A DNA stretch of 64,000 nucleotides from Setoptus koraiensis. Its lineage: Eukaryota > Animalia > Arthropoda. This document shows, in pieces, positions 37,001-49,000 of the stretch (its first letter is position 1; each line of letters begins with the position of its first letter). The position numbers and the translations under genes were made by a program. The stretch spans positions 23,250,001 through 23,314,000 of the forward strand of contig CM106586.1 of NCBI GenBank assembly GCA_048013815.1, read 5' to 3'. The notes under the pieces were generated by a model, which did not search any database, was not told the origin of the DNA, and worked only from the letters and a program-made list of their open reading frames with translations.

Positions 37001-40000
37001 GCCCGTGCCGCAACCAGGGCGATGGGGGAAGTGTCATTGTTGGCGCCGCTGTTATTGGTTGACGTGATCGCACAAAGAGCAGCAGCCAGAGCAGCGGGCT
37101 GCGTATATTGCGAGCTTGCCAGCCAGTCTGCCAGCCAGCTATACACATGGGCCGGCAGTAACGGCGCGCAACAACGGCTACATTGGGGATAATACAAATG
37201 GAAATGAGCGTCGCAAAAAGATGGCATGGGCAGAACGCGGAAAGGGCGCACATTATTATTCATGTTTAGCTGAGCTGAATACTCAAACGCGAGGCGCTGG
37301 CATTGTTGTTGTTGCTGTTGTTGTTGCTGTTGTTGTTATCATAAACTCGCATAGCTCGTATAACCGACGCAGCCGCTTTGTTTACCGTATCGCTCTCATT
37401 TGGCCCCCGCGAGTTGCCTCGCGAACAGGGCGAGGCCAGGTTGCCGCGGGACGAGCAGCGCCTGTCTGGCTCGGGCGAGCCAGAGCTGCACTGGGGGCTC
37501 CAGCCCACTCTTCCTGCAGCGCCTCCTAGTCCAATTGATGCGACATTCGAATCTGGCAAATTAGACGCTGCCGCAGTTTGCACCGTGTCCCGGTTGTTGT
37601 GTTGTTGCTGGCTGCAACAACAACAACAGCGGCAACAACGGCAACAACGACAACAACAACGACAGCAACATCAACGAACACCGGCCACCAAACGCGCGGC
37701 ATCTTGGGCAGCAGCATTGCAACGACTGAAGTCGCTGTCGAAACAGCAGAATTTGTATAATTTTAGCTCCCCCTTTGCGTCTCCCTCGCTCTCTCTCTCT
37801 TTCTCTCAACGGTTGTGGCACAACTGGGGCGACTTTTGCTCGCCCGCGACAAAATCGCGCGCGCAACGCACTAGCGAAGAAGAGTTGCGCCAGCAACGAG
37901 CAGTTTATTGCGTTAGATTAGCAAATGGCGTGATTGTGGTACCAGCACCATCGCTGCCAATGCGAGCTTGCCAGCCAGCCAGCCAGCCACATCTACAGCC
38001 ATGGCAGCTGCCTACATCTAGATAGGGTGCCAGTTGGTGGTTGTGGTGGTGGTGGCTGGGGCTGGGCCAAAAGTGATGAACAACCATGAAACGATAAACA
38101 ACTTTGTTACGCTCTTCAGCCCAGTTTGTGGCCCGCTAGTTACCTGCAATGCAAACGAAATGGAGGATTAATCAATTCCATTACTGCCGCCAGCGGGCTG
38201 GCTCACTGGCTGGCTGGCTGCAAAAAGAGGGCGCCCCGAAAAACGTCCAGAGAGCCGGCCTGGAATCGTCGGCACAAGACATGTTATTCGTTGGGGCTTA
38301 TTGATTCGAGCGAGCGAGCCCGCATCGATTGATAGACGAAACCAAAAGTAGCAAGCTTGGTGGGCAAAACGCTGCTGCCACTCGCTGCGCTGCTAACTGG
38401 GCCGACTCTTTATCCCTGCAATTTGAACGCATAAAGAAGCGCAGCTAAACGAAGCGGAACAGCAGCAGCAGACAGATACTGTAAATTAAAATTGGTCACG
38501 ATGCCAGTGATGATGTTTGATTGCAAATATAACGATCGGCACGATCGATTCTGGCCCAGCAAAGCCGCGCTCCCGTTAGTCCCGGCTAGCCCAATGGAGC
38601 GCCGGCCCAGTTGCTTAGTCAAATATCTGCACTATCACGAACACAAAATCACTCGTCGTTAGTTGGATTACCTGGCGCAAACGTTCCAACAGCGTTCACT
38701 TCATTACTGCATCGCAACCTAGGCTAAATGAGATATGTCATTCGTTAGCATGGGTGCCATAGAGCACCGTCGATGGCAGCCCCATGCTCCCACAAACCAA
38801 CTACTACCGCAGGTCTAAACATTGTGTGCCAAAGCAAACAACAAATCGCCTCGAGTCATAGTGTTGGCTCAGTCAAAAAACGAGGCCCACAGACGCCTGA
38901 CGTTACGTGACGCGGCCAGTGAGTACAGAGGCGCTGCTACCGTTAGCTAATGCACACACACACACACACACAAGACAAATGATGCTGATGACAGTTAGCC
39001 GCCATGGGCTCCAGTGGCGCCACTGTGAACGTATCACTTGGATAGTGAGTTGCGCGGACAGTGGCGTAAGTTATTTTCAATTGGTTACGTCGTTTGGCCG
39101 CTGTTGCGACAAACGAATGTCTGAATATGACAATTTGTTACATTAACTAGCGATAACTAGCTGTCTGGCGCGAACTTTTGTCTCTCCGATCAAGTGTCGG
39201 CTACACTAAATAGTCACACTACTACACTGCCCAAAGAATGGCTGTCTAGACGCAAAAATGAGCATTGCACACGGTGCATATAATCAAAAATGTCACATTA
39301 TATAAGTTCTTATATATGTTGCGTGCCACAACCAAAAAAGAAATTGCCGTATGAAATACAACGGAATGCGCAAATGAGGCGACAGATGCGAACGATCGAG
39401 CTATGTGGCCAACAGTCGATTAGTGTTAGAGGTAATCTGTTCGATTGTGACTGCCAATGTGGATAATATGTTGCTGCATAAATTGAGTGTGCCAGCTGAG
39501 TAGGTGAGTCGGCCAATTAAATTATTATTTAATTTGTGCCCATAACAAGTGGGCGCGCGTGCTCCCGAGCCAACTACAGTTAGTGATGCAATGATTGAGG
39601 TGTCAATAATAAAAAGTGTGTCCACTGGGTAATTACTGGCCACTTCAGCCAGCATGGCTGCATAATGCACATCAGTGGCTGAATGCATTGTGGCGCAGGT
39701 AATGATACTCATGAGTGCGGATCGAATGGCGACAACAACAACAAACCAGTGTCTCGAGTGACCAAAATAATGCAGCCCGAAAGAGAGCCCCTTGTGAGCG
39801 TCGAATCACCATTTCCAAGTCAAGCGATTTTGCGGTTGGCCTAATCGGTAGCGTCTTAGTTTGTGCTGTGCTCCGCCGAGAGAGCCTGTCATGCGAGCAG
39901 GAAGTTATAGTTGCGTGTACCAACGCGGACAATGGGGAACGAGAGTGAGTCTGAACAATTCACCTGTTCGAAAGACCCACTGAATATTTGAGTTGATGGC

Positions 40001-43000
40001 CGCGGAATGTCATCATAGGCAGCTCACCGTGGGCCTCAAGTGCTGCTGTCGTGCTAGCTTTATTGTGCTGAGCCAACGCTGCCGACTGTATATATTAGAT
40101 CGCTCGTAGCTTGCTCGTACCTGGAGCATACTTTGCATTTATACTTTGCACGCAAGCGACTGTATCTATTTATCTGTTTATGTTTGGTTGTTGTGTATCG
40201 ACGCGTCTAGTCTCGCCCGGCCCGGCCCGGCCGACTATAATAATGTTGGCTTGAGAGGCAGCCGATAGGCAGCAGCGGCGGCAGCAGCAGGACAGGAAGT
40301 CAGATTATATAACACGTATGTTCGCAGGCAACAACGACACAATGCAGCCTAATAGATAGAGAGTGCATATCAAGATAAACAAAGCAGCCAAGATAACGGG
40401 AGACAAACAGAGAGCCAACTGTGCAACTATGTCGACACGCCGCTTTTGCTGGCGCCGCTGTTGTTGCCGCTGTTGTTGCCGCTGTTGTTGGTGTTGCTGT
40501 TGTTGTTGCCGCTGCTGTTGCCGCTGCTGTTGCTGCTGTTGCTGCTGCTGTGTGGCAGATAGATATTATGGTGGTGAGTGATTCTCTCCACACTTGAACA
40601 ACCTTGATCTATTATACTCGTGCATTAGCACCGTTCCACTTTGAATACCTGTACACAAAACTACATGTTTACTACATTACACAACAGTTACAGCTATATA
40701 ATGCGTGTGCATAGTGGTCTAGTTTTTGCCAAGATCGCTTTCTCGCTTTCGCTGGCCGACTCGTGCCTCTTTCGATTTAGATTTAGCCGAACAACTGACC
40801 ATCAATCTACCCATTACAGGCTGCTGCTGGCGCTCTTTGCCTGTCGAGTTAATGATGAGCCCGCCATCAACTAACTAAATGTACAATGTTTGCCGTTAAG
40901 ACACACTCTCGGTGCCTAACAGTGCCGGGCGTTGCATTTATTTCAGTTTAATATTCAGTGAGTGTTGCATCCTATTTTAGCTGAGCCAGACACAACCGAC
41001 CGATCGACCATCGATGGCGCGCTGCCGTTTGCCTGCAGCGACAGTCAAAAGTGCTAATCTAAAGATATACATGCAAAAGCTCATAATCTCTGCCATTCGA
41101 ATATCTGGCCAGCCGGCCAACAAATCTCACACTCTCTCGCTCTGTAAGTCTAGTCAAATGGGTTATTTTGCCATTCGCAAAATAACGTTTCGCGGCAAAT
41201 TCCCACCAAATTGATCTGGGCGCCAGCAATTCAAGCTGCTCATGTTGGCAATTTCGCGCATTCACGCGCGCACTACGGCCATCGATCCGGCAGCACCGGC
41301 CACTGGCCAGCCAATCGAGTCGCGACTCGCGAGCAAAGGTGCCACTTTGGGCACCTCTGATTCAGTGCAAATTGGGCTACATAAATTAGCGGTGCGCAAA
41401 TTCACGCTCACTATCACTTTGGCCAATATTCACCATCAGTGAGGCGCATTTTCAATTGCACAATAGTTGCATATTTTGTCGTTGACTATTTTGTTTTCGG
41501 TGCATCCATAAATTATTGGTCAGATCCAACGGCCTAATATGCGCTGGCTCTGTGCGCTTTGCGATGAAATGAGCATCTGATAGCACACTGGCACGAGTAT
41601 TATAATTGCATGTTACATTGCAGCGCATTGGATTCTGGTCTGGCCATAAGCACGTATGCAACGTTTCACTCGGTACCAACTTCGTTCACACAGCAAGTGA
41701 ACCAGTGGGCCCCACCAATCGCATAAGTGGACCGTCGATGAAAAATAAACAACACACAATTAGATATAGACGTGCACTTGTCGCGTCGCCATGCCAAGAC
41801 AATGCGAGATTGTGGCCGAGTTTGAGGATTTCGAAGCGGACATCCGCTTGCACTTCATAAATGTCCAGCCGGCCAACGGATCGATCGCGCACTAACAATG
41901 TTGCCCCCGTTCTTTGTGTCAGCAAATAGCAACATTGTTCGCTTGTATTCAATAACACTCGAGCCGACAACTTGTGAGCCCGAGATAAACACTTTGCATT
42001 TCAAGAAATGGGGCTTGTGTAAGCGTGTGCGTGTGTTAAATATCACGCCGCCCGATACAAATAAAAACGTCACTCGGGGCGCTCACGAGGGGACGACGAC
42101 TGGTCGATCGAAAGCCAAAAGTGACATAAATGAGATGATGTACGAAATTGCCGAGAAGTATTTGTTGTGTGCCAGCGGAAAACAATGTTTACAATTGTGT
42201 GCATGAGCACGGTGAATTGTGTGTCTGGCCAGTGGGCAAGCGGGATGCAATTATTGTCGTCCCGAGTGACAGTAATCGATTTCGCTCAAGCCATGACCAC
42301 TGCAGCCGATTTGAGCCTATAAATTTTTATTCGTCATGAGAAGAATGCTCGCGAGCTCATGATCAGTCCAGTATTGAACGAGACGACGTCATCATATATG
42401 TGTGTGTGTGTGTGTGTGTGTGTACGTATAGTTATATATAAATGTTACGTGTGCACTGTATTTGAGACGACAATATGAATTGAGACACGCACGTTCAGCC
42501 GACGGGACACGAATGTTAGATAAGTTCAAATGTTGCAATGACGCAAACACACAGAGCAAGATAAAGGTGCTTAGGGGCACCAGGTAAAGTATCTAATGAT
42601 TACGGTACATGTACCATGTAAATTGTTACCTTAAATCCAACATAATCTGTCTGTGCTGTTACATCGGATATTACAAGTAGTGGGCCGGGTATTATCGTCA
42701 TTCTTTTATGTGCCACTTTATCGTAGTGGCACAATCACATTGTAGATCATGCTCGGATCATTCGCAAATGTTTGGCCAGGTGATGGGCAAAACAAAGTCG
42801 AGCTCATACCTGCTCGGTCATCTTTTCGATAATGGCGAGACGCACGCAGCAGCAGCCGCAGCGGCTGCAGCCACGTACGAGATAACAATCTGATAAAATG
42901 ATGCCGTCCACAATGGCGCCCAAGCCTCGAGAGGGGCCCCCAAAAGAATCTGACAAAAAGGAGTGCACCAAACTCACTAGATTCTTGGCGTGCAAAAGAG

Positions 43001-46000
43001 GCCACAGTGGGCCCAAAACAAATATCGCTCATTAGCCTCGGCTCGCCGTACTCGTATGCACGCGCGCACACACATGGTCTGCATATAGATGTGCCGTAGA
43101 TTTAACCACATTATAATACAGTTAATTACGTAATGTCACAATCCGCACAATAACTGTGCCTATGTATGGGCGCCCATATGTGTTTCAATATGTGTGTATC
43201 AGCCACTATATGTTTTGACACACACACACACACACTCGGCTAATCGAATATGACTGCTGGCTCTGGCGAAAAGCTCACATTAAATACTCAAGCGGCCACC
43301 ACGATGATATGATGTGACTAAACGTCGACAGACATGAATGACAAAGGCGACCATTATATACAATACATTGTATAATATACAATAATAATAACAGTAGCCA
43401 TACTGACCGACTAGGCCAAACAAAATAGAAATTATGTTACAATATTGCGAACAGTTCGAAGCTTGGTGTGCGATATATATTATGCACAAACGAATAAACA
43501 AAAAGTCACATGCCCCGGCCTCTCTGCTCAACAACGCTGTTGACAAGTTATGTAAGCCGGTTTTTTACGAGCCAATTCTCAAGGTGAAACTCCATTCAAT
43601 TGCCATTACGATTGTTGTATGATCACATCTGATAAACACACATGAGATATGATGTAATTTGTTGTTGCTGAACTGTCGCTAAAGCAACATGACGGTGGGC
43701 CACGCTGTCCGTTTCGGGGTTCCGCAACACATTGGCCACCAAAGAAACAGCATTACCAAAGGGCGATGTGTTCAAATGGCTTCTCGATAAAAGAATTAGC
43801 CCTAATGATTTAGACTCTGGCCGATTGCACAACAATTGATGAAACAGTCGACGCAATCAAGTAAAACAATGATTCCTGTGTCATGTCTAGACAATGCACT
43901 CGAGTCAGATAGTAAGTCCATGCCAGTGCCTGTTGGGCCACAATACCGAATTGGTGGCTCTTGTCGTCGCCAAGAGAGCTTGTTGGTTCTGGATTACATT
44001 TGCCATGTTAATAACAATGTGCAATAACAAAGAACAATACACATGCCACATATACTTCGATGAAAGAGAGCGAGCGAGGGAAGAGGATTGGCTTAAGTTG
44101 GCGGCCAGTGCCCTTAGGAGCGCGTACGATTGTTTTGATATTGTCAGATAATACAAAAAAGGGGTTTCCCATCTAATAAAATGTGCATGGATAATTGGCA
44201 TTTTGCCAATATCCAGACATTGACAGAAAATTACGCACAGTAATACTTGCTGAACAATACTTGACCCGTCATACATATGATATAAATAGATAATTTATCT
44301 GCTAGGTGGCATCTATTAGTAACGAGGAAAACTAAGAGCGGTCAAGAGAAAAAGGATCGCTTTGAGTAATCAATTTAGCCATATAGAAACATAAAGACAG
44401 ATACAACAAAAAGATAAGTGGCAATAATAATCATAATAATAGTAGCAGCAAGCAATCATGAAACTATCGATGGCCATAGTAATGGTAATGGCCTACTCTT
44501 TAGTCGTTTGGTTCACAAACGGAGTCGATGCTGGTTTCTTTGAAACATGGTACAGAAGCCGGCGCCCAAGAGGGGGTGGCTACATAGAGACTGCGTCGAT
44601 GGGAAGACGCCGCTAATAATGAGGTTAGACGCGTCTATGATTACATATTGTGCGTTTGTTGTTACGTAACACATCTACTTTGGAAGTAGTATTCATAGGA
44701 GACGACAACAATGGCAACAATGTTGCATAACAATATGAGATATTGGTGCTTACAGCGCGCACACTGACCAAGATATGAAGGATATTTGAAGAAATTAGGA
44801 TTTACAGACGCAAAATACAAGGGGACACACCAACAAATATGGACATAAACACATCATGAGGGTATCGGTGCATATTCCAGTGTGAATATCTTATGAGTTC
44901 TTGTCATCAGCTACAGACTCGATAACTTACTGGCCATTAGCAACCAATTGAACTAGCCTAACTAGAATATAAAATAATAAAAACAAATAGATCCAGACAA
45001 ACAATTATGCCCATACGTGCCATGTTGTGACAAAAAAAAACTACGATCCATACGAGCAGTCTATAATCTTTGGTAACACTTGCAATAATTTTAGTAGCGA
45101 CTGCAACAAAATCCATTCGTTACGCAGGGGACCTTGAAAGTAGCCCAGATTGCAATCTATTAAATCTCTTGAATTAAATATTCATTGTTGATAGCCAAGA
45201 GAACAGTGTTCGTTGTTGTAATTATGTCGCAACAGAGGGTATCAAAACCCACTAGCGTGCCAGTGGTAGGTGTTACATGCAAATGAGCAGAATAGCACCA
45301 ATATAAACGAAGCCACACTAATGGCAACGGCTCCCAAAAAAGGGGTCCAACAGACCCCATAATTTTTGTTTCCGTCTAAATTCGAGACATGTTAGTTATA
45401 GCAACAACCACTCGAAAAAGAAAATGATTTGATTAACATAGTTGCACGATTGTTTAATAATTATAACGATCGTGTAATTCTTTCTTTTTTATTATTTATC
45501 TCCATGCAGGATAGATAAACAAAATGTTAGTCAGTTGTTGTGATAGAAATTTGTAGTTATTTCACTCTCTTATTTTCCGTCAACAAAAATCGTTATCATA
45601 ATTATTATAACTGGAGCTAACGACAACTTGGTTCGGCACGTAGCAGAGAAAGAATGAATTATCAATTAATTCATACTGCTCATACTGCATAATCTAGCTG
45701 GGTCTATCCAGCATATGAAAAATACAAAATATGTCATTAAGTACTACTGAAAATGAATCCTGTCAAGATGAAAGCGGCGGCAACATTGAGCTTGCAGTCT
45801 GTGAGTTACAGTCTATGGAATTTACGATTAATAAAAAAAACAGAGCCACATTGTAATTTGTGTGTCAACAGGGCGATTCCGCCCCATGAATATGCTGCTC
45901 ATGAATAAAATATTCTGAAAATGTACTGAATGAAAAAGTATCAGAGCAATAAAGTAGAAGTACTCTATGGCGATAAACATCTCAACAGCTTAAAGTGAAA

Positions 46001-49000
46001 GCTGAGCCCTAATTCATACATTTGAATAGTCTTGCCTGTGAGCTGTCCACTAAGTAGTCCATAAAAATATGGTTTATAGCTTCCAACAACAGACATGTGC
46101 TATCCGGGCCCCAGCACCGTTTGACTTTTCTCTGACAAGTTCGTCTGAGGCGCCAGACAATCTTTTAGCTCATGATCTAATTACCAAGGTCACTAAAATT
46201 GTCATAAGATAGCCATCAATATATATAGGATGCTCCTTATGAATCTATTAGAAGCAAGATACATCTAATAGAGCGGGCAGCATGCAAAATGTAAATAAAA
46301 GCAACATATTAGAATGATTTCGAAGTTTCACCAGCTTCGCTTCCTTACAGTATCTAATTTGATGTGATACGTCAATCAGCCATAGTATTAGCATAATCCA
46401 GCAAGGAAACACACTTGAACTAGTGCAGAGCATACTTCGGGATGAATAGAGACATTGAACATAGAGAAGTGAACGGTTTACGTCTGATTGGGTTGATGGT
46501 GGTATAAATAAGGCCCAGGCATTTGTGTGTCAATCTAACAAGATCACAAACAACAATCAATCATATCGTAGGCAATCATCCCGATGATTCATTTTCACTT
46601 GATTATAGTTGGCGGTGATGCCAACGAGTGTCATACTCCAACAAGATTCCTCGAATGAAGAAGAGATGCCATTAGCGACAACAGAAACGTAGAGCGAATT
46701 GTCAAGGTCGGCTTGACCACTCTCGCGAATTTATAAATTTTTGAGAAATCATTTTATCTACATTCGATCCTGATATGTTAACTCAAAAATTGCCGACAAT
46801 ACTAGAGCATGTCCTATCAGTGGACAATTTTTACGTGATTGTCTTCACCTATGTATAACTATGTCTGATTCGTCTTGAACACTCTTCTTAGTCTACACCC
46901 ACAAGCACTTCACCAAGTGACGGTGGAAATCTCGTAAGTGAATACTAGCACATTGACTTTTATGCGTATTCGATTATTCTAAGGTCAAGGCTTGATGATT
47001 AATCATGGCCGCGCAGGCATTATCTGGGTCAAATAACGGGCTGTGCCACACTCATTCATGATAGTTATGTATGATTGTCTCTTTTCTATTTGTGGGGCCA
47101 AGATATGAATAAAACATGAATTTATAAATATTCGTCTAAAAAAAGAGGTCGAATCTTTCTATTTTTCTCTCCACTATTTATAGGCTTTATGACAGTTCTC
47201 ACTCCACTAGGAAACTTTAAACTAGGCGGACCTTTCTGAATAAATTGGTCTGATCTCTCTTACAGACAAATGCAAATAGAGTATTTTTCCAGGCTGCTTC
47301 AATCAGCCCAAGATAGCAAAAACTATATGGTCATAGCTATACATTGAATAAGATATTGGTTTGTTGCATCATATTTCTCTCTCACATAATTCTTCGATCA
47401 ACACTGCAATAAATCTGAGCACGGACAATTGCGCACAAAAGCGACAAAATGGTCCATTAGACTGTGAAAAATCTCATTTTCAATAGAGGATCAAGTACAA
47501 CAAAATGTCTGTTGCGACAGACAGAGTCCGTTTGAAATATTGACAGCGTGCGATATCAGAAAAGTATTTCATGCTGGTTGTTTGTCCACTTACATTATCC
47601 AATTGGGTTACGATTTTGTTAAAGGCTGATATCCATCTGACCCTAGCTTTTGGTAAGTCACCCTCGAATTGATCCTGATCAACAAGCTCATGTTTTTCAT
47701 CCAAATGGTTCAGTTGACCGTCATTGCCCCCGTCATGTAGATAGCCCAGATGCGCTGAATTGTCATCTAAATCATCATGCTGATTGTAATCAATGTTATC
47801 TTGGTAATGCTCATGGTTTTGATTGAATGCGTCCTCTTGATCTGCGGTTGAATCATTATTGATTGCATTGCGCTGATTGGTATTGTAGAATTCATCACCG
47901 TCCTCTCTACTAGCACATAATGCGTCCGGATTGGTGGAAGATAACTCATTACTATCCAGGTGACTTAAATTCGCACTTCCGTTATCTACAATTGTCTCCT
48001 GCTGATGTATATCATTCAGCATCGATTTACTATGTCCATCAATTGCGTGTACGTGATTGGTAGCACGAGAATCTTGATCTTCTTGATTGTTTACATCCCG
48101 ATACTCGTCCTCCTCAAGTTCATCGTCCACTTGAAGACCATCTAGGATTGCCGAGTTGCGGTCGACACAGGATGAGCCAACATTTAACCGAGGCAGCAAT
48201 ATATTATCTTCTTTATTTTCACCCCGTTGTTCACAATTCATCTCGATGAGTTGCATATTAGCCAGTTGATGCTGTTGTTTTTGCTGCTGGTCATTGTAGT
48301 CAAGTTGATACTGGAAAGAGGAACGATGTTGCTGCTGCTGATGCTGTAACAACATTTCTTGATCTAATATATCATCAGAGCTCAATCTGTGCACTTGATT
48401 ATAATAAATTAATTGTTGCTCATATGCAGCGGCTTTTTCCTTATCCACGCCATCGTCGCTGATCGTTTGTGGGCTCTTTTTATCGTCAACGTCGTCTACA
48501 GATAGTATTTGTTGATTGTCATTGTGATCGATGAGATTTTGCTGTGGCTGTGAATCGTAAATAGGCGAACAATCATTGGCATCAATATTATCCAGCTGCT
48601 TACATAGTTTTGAATCAGCAACCATTGGTTGTCTACTATTACTACCATTGTAAACTAATTGTATTTGTTGATCTCCGCTACTAGTCGAGCTATTTGTATG
48701 GCCAACACCGCTATTTGATGAAGATTGCACAGACAAAGTAATAGAGGACTGACCATCCAAGGAATTACCGTAATCCTTGAAGCTGCTACTCTCATCCTTT
48801 GAGGTACTATTCTCTGAGTGACTGCCTTGACCGTTGACAATCACCGTTGAAGCAGATTTCATACCATCCTGTTCAGTTTGTTTCAATGTATCATCGTAAT
48901 ATTCATCTTTCTGCTGATTGTTCTCAATGAAGTCCTTTTGCTGTTGTTTGGTTGCAGCAGTATTATCATCGAGAATACAAGATCGTCGTCTAGGAGGTCT

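Noticed and set aside
43600-46760. Hydrophobic minus-strand fragments resembling a decayed chemoreceptor or membrane-protein pseudogene
   Set aside because: The minus strand is T-rich here, which by itself yields hydrophobic translations. No family motif or consistent splice or frame structure was found.
47480-47593. C-terminal tail of the 1458-aa track ORF
   Set aside because: It begins at a perfect GTAAGT donor directly after the CaM motif and is treated as intron.
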